The position numbers and the translations under genes were made by a program. The notes under the pieces are model-generated. The model was given only the letters and a program-made list of their open reading frames with translations. It was not told the DNA's origin and searched no databases. Below, in pieces: positions 47,191-56,808 of a stretch of DNA of 64,000 nt. Origin of the DNA: an uncultured virus (IMG/VR IMGVR_UViG_3300044640_002305) (taxonomy: Duplodnaviria; Heunggongvirae; Uroviricota; Caudoviricetes); IMG/VR virus record IMGVR_UViG_3300044640_002305; one strand, 5' to 3'. Position 1 is the first letter of the stretch. The number at the start of each line of letters is the position of its first letter.

Positions 47191-48795
47191 TTAATAACTG
47201 TTTTTAGCATAGTCAATGTTAACTTTAAATGATACTGTATCACTTACACTTCTAGTTGTTACCACATTATCAAATAATATATGGTAATTTTTGAAAAAAC
47301 ATATCCTAAGTAAAAATTTTTCACCTACATTTGTAGGTAATTGGTCTAATGTTGTAGAATATTCGGATTGTAATCTATCAAATCCATATAATTTGGATTG
47401 TACTAAATTTAAAAATTGGGTATCATCAAAAGTAGTTACTTGTATTAGGAATTTACCATCCTCACTCTTAATAGAAGAATATGATTGTGGGGCTTCCCAT
47501 AAAATAGTTGGTGTTAATGTTCTATAATACCCTAAGTCAAAATACTTAGAACCTAAATCTGTAAAATAAAAAATAGATATAGCATCATTTATTTGTATTT
47601 GATTTAAAGGGTTTATTATTAATTTTGAGTTGTCCGTAGAACTAAGAAAGTACTCAACATTTTCTTGTAGTTTAACCCCGTTAATTACAATTATTAAACT
47701 AGACTCACTTCTATTTAGTTTTGTTAATAATATTTCTTGTCTGTTTTTTACAGGGTTGTAATTTACTGTTAAACTTGTCACCCCTGATGTAATACCAGTT
47801 GTTATAGTATTAACAATTCCCGCATCTATATTCAAATAATTTTCATATAAATTAATACTATCAACAGTTACATCTGGATTGTTTAAATAAACAACTTGGA
47901 TTACATCTTTTGTTGGTTCTATTTCACCTGAAATGATTTCAAAATAACCATTACCCAAATTACTTAAATAAACCCAATCTAAATTTTCTGTCAATAAAAT
48001 ACCATTAACAAATACAATAAATTTATTATTTAAAGCATATCCACCAATTTTAAACACGGATGTGTAACCTTCTAACAAATTAGGGGTTTCTGTAATTAAG
48101 GTAGCGTTTTGTAATATATCAAAAGTATTGATTTGACCAATTGTGGGTTTATCAGGATTAACTGTTGTTACAAAATACCAACCATCATCAAATAAAGATT
48201 CTTTTGTTTGTGTAGACATATCAAAAGTGTTTACCTTAAGATTATCTACAAGATTTTGTGTTTGGAATATATTATAATCTTTTATGATATATTCAGCATC
48301 AATAACAGGTAATGATGATTTATTTATAGTTTCATAAATTGTATTAGCGGTTATTGTTGAATAACCAAAACAATTTGAATATGTTGAATCTATTTTTGTG
48401 ACGTAATCACGATTTTTGGGTAATTTAGCTAATTGGAATGTGTGGTAACAAAAATTACCAGTGTATGCACTATACTGTGTATTACCCGTAATTTGGAATA
48501 CTAAGTCTATTTCATCAACATCAGATAAGTTATAAACGGCAGTACAAGCTGACGTAGAATAAGAACTACCCGTAGTAAAACCACTACAGTTTATTGTTGT
48601 AAATCCTGATGTAGGTTTAGTTGTTCCACTTAAATTATATAAAGGATTTAAAAAAGTTTCTTCTAAAAAAGCTAAACTATTACTAATATTGTAAATGTTA
48701 GATAAACCCAAAGACCTATCAACATTAGTTTGTTCTACAGAAGTTAAATTTACTGTAGGGATATCTGTTTTTTTATTTTTACATAATATACACAT
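47191..48795 (-). CDS. Virion structural protein
   Basis: Two V.(V/I)NG..L.EN repeats. Confidence 0.6.
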   Translation of the reverse strand: MCILCKNKKTDIPTVNLTSVEQTNVDRSLGLSNIYNISNSLAFLEETFLNPLYNLSGTTKPTSGFTTINCSGFTTGSSYSTSACTAVYNLSDVDEIDLVFQITGNTQYSAYTGNFCYHTFQLAKLPKNRDYVTKIDSTYSNCFGYSTITANTIYETINKSSLPVIDAEYIIKDYNIFQTQNLVDNLKVNTFDMSTQTKESLFDDGWYFVTTVNPDKPTIGQINTFDILQNATLITETPNLLEGYTSVFKIGGYALNNKFIVFVNGILLTENLDWVYLSNLGNGYFEIISGEIEPTKDVIQVVYLNNPDVTVDSINLYENYLNIDAGIVNTITTGITSGVTSLTVNYNPVKNRQEILLTKLNRSESSLIIVINGVKLQENVEYFLSSTDNSKLIINPLNQIQINDAISIFYFTDLGSKYFDLGYYRTLTPTILWEAPQSYSSIKSEDGKFLIQVTTFDDTQFLNLVQSKLYGFDRLQSEYSTTLDQLPTNVGEKFLLRICFFKNYHILFDNVVTTRSVSDTVSFKVNIDYAKNSY

Positions 48796-51107
48796 TATAC
48801 AAATACTTCTTTTACTCCACCTCTAATTAAGTTATTATAATATTCTTGTTTTTGTTTAAGTAAAGGTTCTAATTGTGGTTGTGTTAATGTAACAACATTT
48901 ACTACCACGATTCCACCACCCCCTGTCGGGTCTTGTGTTGTTGAAATTACTACTGTACCATCAGTAATTATAGGTCCGTTAGTTGAATCGTGTGGTGTCC
49001 CCGAACTAGTACCAGATAAAACAGTACTATCAACATTACTAGTTACAACATCCCCACCATTAAGTGTGAATCCTGTATATGGAACAAAATTAGTGCCATA
49101 TTCAATAACTGTTATTTCAGATTCAACATATTCAAAATCAAAATCACACACATCAAATTGTGGGCAAATAAATGAATCATTATTACACCATTTTTCACCT
49201 GAGACAAATATTGTGGTTGCTGGTACAAATTGTTCAATCATCCTAACCCAAAAACTTTGGAAAACTTTTTTGTACTCTTCTAATTGTAATAGTGTGGCTG
49301 TTTTTACACAATAAGAACCTGTTGATGCTGTTACTGTTTCTACTATCGTACTTGCAGTAGTGACTCCACTATAACAAGTTCCAGCACTTAAAGTATATCC
49401 ACTAGGACAATAAGTCTCAGTTTTTGTACAATATTCAGTCCCACCTGTAGTTGTTACAAGTGAATACCCATCAGGGCATTTACTATATTCAACACAACAA
49501 TCACTACACATGTTAAATGTAAGTTCCATTTCCTTACTGATAATAACGGAATTACTATGTGGTTCTAATATGTTAGATTGTTCAAAATAATCTGTATATC
49601 TCCACGGAATATCTGCATCAGCACTAGGTGCGAATGTTCTATTCACATAACCATAACCTTGTATTAACCCTACCTGACCCCTATCTCTTATTAAATTATC
49701 CTGTGTTGATTCCCCGATATTTTCTAAACCTGGGTTATATACCCAAGACCTTTTATTATCAATAACTCTTACTAAATCAAATCCAACACATTTTTTAGTA
49801 TCAAAAAATAATCTATCTTCTTCTTTATAACAATCAATCCTAATATTATCTACTCTAACATCATATTCACAGCAAGGTATTATTCCACCACCGATATTTA
49901 ACATTAAATTAAAAGTTTCACCAGAATTAACAGTAAATCTAGCACTTAAATCAACCCAAGTATTAAAACCGTCTACACTTGAATCAAAGACCCCAAATTG
50001 TGAAATTACAACATTCGGGTTATTTGTTAATAACGACGCAGTTAAAAATTCAGTAAAACAAATTTCTGATGGTTGTGTAAAAAATATTTTAGCTGAAACA
50101 ACTAAATCATCACAACCATCGGGTTTTATTGGTTCACTATTTAAAGTGATGTTGATGGAGTCTGGCCCACCAATAGTTAAATCAGGACTTTTTTCACAGA
50201 TTCCTAGGATTGGGTTCCAAACTACATCAAAACCAACAATTTCTTTAGTACAACAAGACTCATTTAAACTTTCATTAATTTTTGAAATTGTACCGAAAAC
50301 TTGTTCTACATTAGGTCTGTCAGGTATATTGGCTGGTTGTGTTGTAAAATCACTATATAAACAACCATAATTTGTTAAAGGTATTTTACATAAGTTATGG
50401 GTAGAATCCCAATAAACATTAGGTATACCAGTAACTTCAGGTGTACAACAATCAGGACTAGTTACACCAATAACAGTATCTTTACTTATTGAAATAGCAA
50501 TATTTGGTGGACATGAGTTTTTTAATACTTTACAAAAACCTGTATTACCTTGTGAAATCCATATAACATCGGAACCAACAATATTCCTGTTACAACATTC
50601 TTGTGATAACGGTATTTGATTTCCGTTTGTGGTGTAAAAAATATCACCCGATAAAGTTATGTATATTTGTGTGGCATCTGGACAAACATTCGAAATTTCT
50701 AAAGATGGTAATGTTCCTATTGCACCACCTGCTGAAACTCCTGTTGAACCTCCCGTTCCATTATTATCACCAGGAAGCCATCTAGCTGTACAACAACCTT
50801 TTGTATAAGTAGGACCTGCTGCTGTAGTTTCTGAACCTACCACATACGTCCATTGTGCTGCGGTACTATATGAAGTACACATAATATCTCCAGATACAGC
50901 TTGTGTACCACCATACACTCTAAGAGTTGCGGTAGTTGTAGAGTACCCTTGATTTTGATAAGAAGGTGGTAATTGGTTAATAATTTGTGGTCCTGGGATT
51001 ACATTACCTATCCCTGGTTGGTATGTAAGTGTACAGGATTGTGTTAGTGGTCCTCCACCTCCCCCTCCTTTTCCACCACCTATTGCTATATTATTATTTT
51101 GTCCCAT
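48795..51107 (-). CDS. Cys-rich virion structural protein
   Basis: CC..V.W...C repeats, CP.GY.L repeats, FW..MIEQFVPATT. Confidence 0.65.
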   Translation of the reverse strand: MGQNNNIAIGGGKGGGGGGPLTQSCTLTYQPGIGNVIPGPQIINQLPPSYQNQGYSTTTATLRVYGGTQAVSGDIMCTSYSTAAQWTYVVGSETTAAGPTYTKGCCTARWLPGDNNGTGGSTGVSAGGAIGTLPSLEISNVCPDATQIYITLSGDIFYTTNGNQIPLSQECCNRNIVGSDVIWISQGNTGFCKVLKNSCPPNIAISISKDTVIGVTSPDCCTPEVTGIPNVYWDSTHNLCKIPLTNYGCLYSDFTTQPANIPDRPNVEQVFGTISKINESLNESCCTKEIVGFDVVWNPILGICEKSPDLTIGGPDSINITLNSEPIKPDGCDDLVVSAKIFFTQPSEICFTEFLTASLLTNNPNVVISQFGVFDSSVDGFNTWVDLSARFTVNSGETFNLMLNIGGGIIPCCEYDVRVDNIRIDCYKEEDRLFFDTKKCVGFDLVRVIDNKRSWVYNPGLENIGESTQDNLIRDRGQVGLIQGYGYVNRTFAPSADADIPWRYTDYFEQSNILEPHSNSVIISKEMELTFNMCSDCCVEYSKCPDGYSLVTTTGGTEYCTKTETYCPSGYTLSAGTCYSGVTTASTIVETVTASTGSYCVKTATLLQLEEYKKVFQSFWVRMIEQFVPATTIFVSGEKWCNNDSFICPQFDVCDFDFEYVESEITVIEYGTNFVPYTGFTLNGGDVVTSNVDSTVLSGTSSGTPHDSTNGPIITDGTVVISTTQDPTGGGGIVVVNVVTLTQPQLEPLLKQKQEYYNNLIRGGVKEVFV

Positions 51108-51121
51108 TTATTTTAAATATT

Positions 51122-54100
51122 TTATAAGTAAGTATTTCCACCAAGAATATATGGATAACATTGTGATGGTTCTACATCTATTCCTGCCGTTATGTTCATA
51201 CCTACAGTATAACATGATTCATTTGAAGTATTTATTGTTCTTTTGACTTGGTAACCACACTCTGTTTTTAGTGTGACATCTTGTATATCAACGTCACTAA
51301 CAACAATACCTGATGAACTTGATGAGTAGTAAATTGTTTTTACGTCACTAGGGTTAGATATTGTGTAGACTTCCAACTCAATTTTATATGAATAATTGTT
51401 TAAACCAATAAAATAGAATCCGTAACCATTATTAAAAATATTTGTTAAAGTACCTTGTGTGTTAGGTGTATTAGATAAATTTAATGGTTGTCCAGGTAGT
51501 TGTGCTTTAGAAAAATCTATACTTAAATCATTTAATGTTTTTTGTATGAAAAGTACTGAATTCCATTTATCAGGTGGTAAATAATTTGCGTCTAATACCG
51601 TACTCGGTAAATTTGAATATCCCGATAAATAATCGTAACCATTTATTATCAATTTCTTAAGTTTGACGTACACTCTTTCATTTAAACCGTAAATACCATA
51701 ATTACTACCAACATGATATTGTGGGTATAATAAGGACATGTAAGTTTCTATTAAAGTATGTCTACAAGAAGTAAATTCAGCAATTTCAGTTTTAACACAT
51801 TTTTTAGTATTAACATCATAATGATAATTTAAATCACCAGTAATTGTTGTATAATTTTTACAACAATTGGCATCTAAAGGAGAACCATCAGAACCCAATA
51901 CTTCTGTTTGTATAAAAGTATCTGTACCTATTAAAACTAAATTATCTAAAAATGTAAAAGTAGTTGGGCAATTTGTTGTGGAAACACTTATAGAAGTGTC
52001 AGCTAAATCAAGACAGACTTGATTACCAAAAGCATCTAAACCAATATAACCACCTTTAGCTTTACAACATTCAAGATTTGATATGTTCTCGTCACTAACA
52101 CTCATTATAACACAAAAGTCGTTTGGTATTAAGTTACAAGAATTACCATTCCATATAACGGGTTGTCCTACAACACTTTCTGTACAACAATCTGGTGTCG
52201 ATATTCCTGAAACAAGTCCAGTTTGTAATATAGTAAAGGTACAGTTACTAGGACTATTACTAACAACACACTCACCATTAATTGATATTGTTACGTCATT
52301 ACCAACAACGTCTTTTGTACAACATTCTGCGGATAATAGTTGTGTTGTGCCATTATTGACATAATAAACAACCCCAGTTGGGCTAATTGCTATATTAGTT
52401 ATATCTGGACATTTAATATTAACAGGATTTGCTAATACACAATTAGTACCATCCCACACAACTTGTTGGCCTACCACACTTTGTGTACAACATAACTCAC
52501 CTAATTTTTGGACTGTCGATGTATTTGGGTTAGCCGTGTAATTATAATAAACAATGTTATTATTAATTATAATGTCTGAAATATTAGGACAATACACTAA
52601 ACTAGCTGGACCTAATTGTACTTCACCAATAGCTCCACCAGTAGCTCCACCACCTGTATTATTATTATTTCTATATCCTCTACAACATCCCTTTTCATAT
52701 AATAAAGGACTTGTACCAAGTATCGGTGTCCATTGACTTGTGTAAAAGCTAGCGCACATTTGGTATCCTGACGGAGCAGGTTCACTAGAACTACTAATGA
52801 TATAACTAAACCCATCAGTATCGTTATAAGTGGTTCCAACACCAAGAGTACAACCAAAATTAATCGGACCTCCACCCCCACCGTTACCGTTTGTACCACT
52901 TGGAACTTTTAATTGTTTATTTGAATTTATTAATAAATCATAGTATTCTGTACCACAATAAACATTTGTTGGTGGGCACCAATAACAAACAAAATTAGTA
53001 TTGTTTGTTTGGATTATTGGGTCGTAAAATAATTCATCAGCAGTAAATACATCTACAACTGTGTTAGAATTTATGTCCGCTAATATACATCTAGTCCCAT
53101 CCCAATAAACATCAGTACCCACAACAATATTAGTACAACAAGTTTCGTTTTCTACTCCAAAGACTAAACCACTAGGTAAAATAGAAATTTGTCCTTCTGT
53201 GGGACATATAGTAGTTATTGTTGACACACTACTAGGTAAATAATAACCACCTATATTAGAACAACATTGTTCAGTTATTTGTGAGGCAACTATTAAATCT
53301 TGTTGGTTTGTATTTAGTAAACTATAGATATTTGTTAAATCAACAGCTACTGGAGTTAAATCGTTGGCAAATATAATCCCATTATCGTAATATATTAAAT
53401 CTGTAGGACAAGTTAATTCACAATTAGACCCACCATAACTAAATGTTATTCTTAATGAAGCTCCACTATGACCATACGTAACATCACCAACACCACCTGC
53501 CATAACTACAGTAGCATTAGATGATATTTGATTATTGTCGTTTAGTATTTGTGCGTAATCCCCACCGTAATTTGAAACCCCGTCTTCTATGTCACCATTA
53601 TTAAAATCTTTAAATAAATTATCTAAAGTAATAAATGTTGTAGTTCCTGTTGTAGTCCCTTGAAAATCTTCAACGAAACACCTAAACCTATCCAAATACA
53701 TTTTACCGTAATCGTAAGGCCCAATATGTGGGTTATTACCAATTTCGGATAAATTACCACCATTATACCAAAAACCATTCATCTGATAATAAAAAGCATC
53801 ACCGTCTGCTGGTACTTTTGGAAATCCGTATTGGTCTATCGGGTATGATATTTCACCAGCGGTTAAACTAGATATAAAATCGTCTACCGGTTGGTCAAAA
53901 TATTCGGCTAATAAAGTATATACCTTATCAGCATTCAATTTATCTTTAGCTATATAAAGATATTCGTCAAGACTAACCACACACTTTTGGATTCCAAAAA
54001 GGTTTAAGAAAAATTCCAATACTTTTCTATGGCCTTTAGATTTAAATAGCCACCATGCGTTTATAACTAATCTTCTCCATAATTCAAAATCCATTTCTTT

Positions 54101-55456
54101 AGGTGAAAGGTTTCTTGAGTACCCTGAAAAAGGTACATTATATGGATTACCATAACCTTCTTCACCAGAATTACCAGGTAAAGTATTATTAAATAGATTA
54201 TTGTCAAAGAAACTTAATAACACATCTAACCCTAATTCAGATGCTAAAACTTTAACTAATTCATCTGCGGTATTATCTTTTTTATCGTATGTTACTATTC
54301 TTGAAATGGATATCCCATCAATATATTTTTTAACCTCATCAAATTCTCTACCGTAAATTCTTAAAAGTTTGTTAACTTTTCTACCATAAACGTCTGTGTT
54401 ATCACCTTCAGTATCAAACTCTATGATTGAATCGGAAACAAATCTTCTAGCAATAAGGTCTGTTTTATTTGCATCCATTTGAATTCCTATATCAATCCAA
54501 TCATTAAGGTAGTTTGTGAATTCAGTTGAACCATTATCAAGATTATAACCATCACTTGTTGGCCAAGTTAATCTTCTATTACTACTGAATAGTGTACCTG
54601 ATTCAGTTCTTATAGGTAAATTAACAGCTATTGTATATTGTGGGGTTATAAGTCTATTTAACATGTTAGACTCAAATTCATTTAAACGGCTGAAGAAATA
54701 TTTGTTTATTAATTCCTCTTTAGGTCTAACGTGGTAGACAAAACTACCAAAACCAACACCATTTAAATTAGGCCATGGATTACCATTAACTTGTAGATAA
54801 ACGTAATTATCTAAACTTGTACTACCAGTAAAACCTAAAACATAAAAATCACCAAATATATTTGTGACTTGGTAATCCAAAAAGCTATTATTTAAGTCGG
54901 ATATATCACCGTAATTATTAATATTAAATAATGGGTTTTGTGCAAAGACTAAACCAAATTTATTTTTTATTAATGATACGGGTATTTTGAATGTAGAGGT
55001 TCCTGATATACTATCATAGTTATAGTTTAATACAGTATTTCTTGGTATTCTTTCTGGGTCATCGTCTATTAAATTATCGACGTATAAAGAACCTTTCCAT
55101 TTTAATAAAATTTGTTCGATATTACTTTTAATGAATTGGAAAAAACTACCAAAATAAACATAACCTTCTAATCTATTAGGGTCTATGTTTAGTGATATTT
55201 TTAAACTCTCGTTTGAAAGAACTTGTGATTCATCTATAGTTAGATTTAAATCATTTAAAGTATATGCGTCAGAAAAACTACCGGTGTTATAAACCTTACT
55301 TAAACTAGCTGAAGCATTTGTTGTAATAGCAAAATTGCCTAATGTAAAAAGTGTTACACCATTAGTAAATTGTTGTCCTACTAGGTTTGGTGAAAAGTCA
55401 CCTTGCCCTTTTTTATATGGTTCCGTTATTGAACCAGGTACTACTTTTTTAGACAT
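51122..55456 (-). CDS. Large baseplate/tail-associated protein with Cys-rich repeats
   Basis: YGREFDEVKKYID, WRRL..N...LFKSKG.RK..EF (baseplate wedge-like), followed by CC repeats. Confidence 0.7.
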   Translation of the reverse strand: MSKKVVPGSITEPYKKGQGDFSPNLVGQQFTNGVTLFTLGNFAITTNASASLSKVYNTGSFSDAYTLNDLNLTIDESQVLSNESLKISLNIDPNRLEGYVYFGSFFQFIKSNIEQILLKWKGSLYVDNLIDDDPERIPRNTVLNYNYDSISGTSTFKIPVSLIKNKFGLVFAQNPLFNINNYGDISDLNNSFLDYQVTNIFGDFYVLGFTGSTSLDNYVYLQVNGNPWPNLNGVGFGSFVYHVRPKEELINKYFFSRLNEFESNMLNRLITPQYTIAVNLPIRTESGTLFSSNRRLTWPTSDGYNLDNGSTEFTNYLNDWIDIGIQMDANKTDLIARRFVSDSIIEFDTEGDNTDVYGRKVNKLLRIYGREFDEVKKYIDGISISRIVTYDKKDNTADELVKVLASELGLDVLLSFFDNNLFNNTLPGNSGEEGYGNPYNVPFSGYSRNLSPKEMDFELWRRLVINAWWLFKSKGHRKVLEFFLNLFGIQKCVVSLDEYLYIAKDKLNADKVYTLLAEYFDQPVDDFISSLTAGEISYPIDQYGFPKVPADGDAFYYQMNGFWYNGGNLSEIGNNPHIGPYDYGKMYLDRFRCFVEDFQGTTTGTTTFITLDNLFKDFNNGDIEDGVSNYGGDYAQILNDNNQISSNATVVMAGGVGDVTYGHSGASLRITFSYGGSNCELTCPTDLIYYDNGIIFANDLTPVAVDLTNIYSLLNTNQQDLIVASQITEQCCSNIGGYYLPSSVSTITTICPTEGQISILPSGLVFGVENETCCTNIVVGTDVYWDGTRCILADINSNTVVDVFTADELFYDPIIQTNNTNFVCYWCPPTNVYCGTEYYDLLINSNKQLKVPSGTNGNGGGGGPINFGCTLGVGTTYNDTDGFSYIISSSSEPAPSGYQMCASFYTSQWTPILGTSPLLYEKGCCRGYRNNNNTGGGATGGAIGEVQLGPASLVYCPNISDIIINNNIVYYNYTANPNTSTVQKLGELCCTQSVVGQQVVWDGTNCVLANPVNIKCPDITNIAISPTGVVYYVNNGTTQLLSAECCTKDVVGNDVTISINGECVVSNSPSNCTFTILQTGLVSGISTPDCCTESVVGQPVIWNGNSCNLIPNDFCVIMSVSDENISNLECCKAKGGYIGLDAFGNQVCLDLADTSISVSTTNCPTTFTFLDNLVLIGTDTFIQTEVLGSDGSPLDANCCKNYTTITGDLNYHYDVNTKKCVKTEIAEFTSCRHTLIETYMSLLYPQYHVGSNYGIYGLNERVYVKLKKLIINGYDYLSGYSNLPSTVLDANYLPPDKWNSVLFIQKTLNDLSIDFSKAQLPGQPLNLSNTPNTQGTLTNIFNNGYGFYFIGLNNYSYKIELEVYTISNPSDVKTIYYSSSSSGIVVSDVDIQDVTLKTECGYQVKRTINTSNESCYTVGMNITAGIDVEPSQCYPYILGGNTYL

Positions 55457-55463
55457 TTAATTT

Positions 55464-56366
55464 TTAAATATTTCCTATATTAGTTATCGTGTCAAAATCT
55501 TTTGTGTCATCAATCTCATTAACTTCTTCTCTAATTTCATAAAGTGGTTCACTATTAAATGTATCTTGTACCTCATAAAGATTGTATTGTTTGTAAATTC
55601 TATTTTCAAAGTCGTAGATAGTATATTTACCATCAACAATACTTTTACTTTGATTCCCAAACAAACCATAAGCAAGAGTCTCAACATCATATTCAACCAT
55701 TTCTAATTCAATTGTTACGGGATTAAAAAAGGTATTTGTAATAACAACAGCCTGACCAGGTGAACCAATAAAAGGTATTTTATTTGGTGTAACCACTGAA
55801 GGTGAAGACGGTGTTAATGTACAAAACAATAAATTTGAGTTGTCATTAAATCTATATCTAATAGCTTTTTGTGATGTATTAGATAAATTTTGATTTACTG
55901 CTTCAGTTAAATTAGCTGAAGTAACTATTCTATATAAATTAGGTATGATTTGATTTGTGTTATCAATATATTCAATTCGATACCCAACCATAGAGTCATT
56001 TTGACCCAAAACAGGTGGTAAACTATTAGTATCAAATACTAAACCTTTAATGTCGGGGTAAGCTGATAAAACACCACAATCCGCTATTGTAACGTAATAT
56101 TGTTTTGGTCTTATCATTATTGTATAAAATCCCTTTGACGAAAATAAATTCGAAGGTAGATTTAAATTATATAAACCACTCAATAATGGTTGTACCCCAT
56201 TAATATTTAATGGGTTATTAAATTGTGTTAAAAAAGAGTTTGCGTCTAAAACTCTTACAGGTACAGATGGCGGTACGTCTCTACTAGGTGAATAGGTATA
56301 AAAAATATCTATATCATCTGCTGATACGTTAGCCGGTCTTACCGTTCCATAGTTGCCTGTAGCCAT
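55464..56366 (-). CDS. Virion structural protein
   Basis: 300-aa ORF in the structural operon. Confidence 0.6.
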   Translation of the reverse strand: MATGNYGTVRPANVSADDIDIFYTYSPSRDVPPSVPVRVLDANSFLTQFNNPLNINGVQPLLSGLYNLNLPSNLFSSKGFYTIMIRPKQYYVTIADCGVLSAYPDIKGLVFDTNSLPPVLGQNDSMVGYRIEYIDNTNQIIPNLYRIVTSANLTEAVNQNLSNTSQKAIRYRFNDNSNLLFCTLTPSSPSVVTPNKIPFIGSPGQAVVITNTFFNPVTIELEMVEYDVETLAYGLFGNQSKSIVDGKYTIYDFENRIYKQYNLYEVQDTFNSEPLYEIREEVNEIDDTKDFDTITNIGNI

Positions 56367-56367
56367 G

Positions 56368-56808
56368 TTATTCTATATTAAAAATATTGTAATACCCATT
56401 TTTATAATCAGTTAATTGTTCAATTGTTTCTATTTCTTCCATTCTAAGATGTCTTTCAAAAACAGATATTGACTGTCTTTCAATAAATATCTCTGTTTTA
56501 ATTTTAGGTGGAAAAGCTATACCCATTTCTGCTTCTCTTTTTACAACATTAATGTTTTGTTGCGTTAAACCATTAGCTTCAAAAAAATAAACTGTTTGGG
56601 TTTTAAAGAAAAGGTCAGAATCTTCAAATAAAGGTTTTAATACTGAAGTCTTGTAGTTGATACCATTTATGGTATATTCTACATAAGATAAACTATCACC
56701 CTCAGTAACAACTTCTGTAACTCCATTAATCCCTACTTGATATGGATTATTATCGTCGTATGTCTTAACTAAATTTAATTTTGAGTCTGTAAATCCTGTT
56801 ATTATCAT
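56368..56808 (-). CDS. Structural-module protein
   Basis: PKI..EIFIER...SVFERHLRM.EI motif. Confidence 0.6.
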   Translation of the reverse strand: MIITGFTDSKLNLVKTYDDNNPYQVGINGVTEVVTEGDSLSYVEYTINGINYKTSVLKPLFEDSDLFFKTQTVYFFEANGLTQQNINVVKREAEMGIAFPPKIKTEIFIERQSISVFERHLRMEEIETIEQLTDYKNGYYNIFNIE

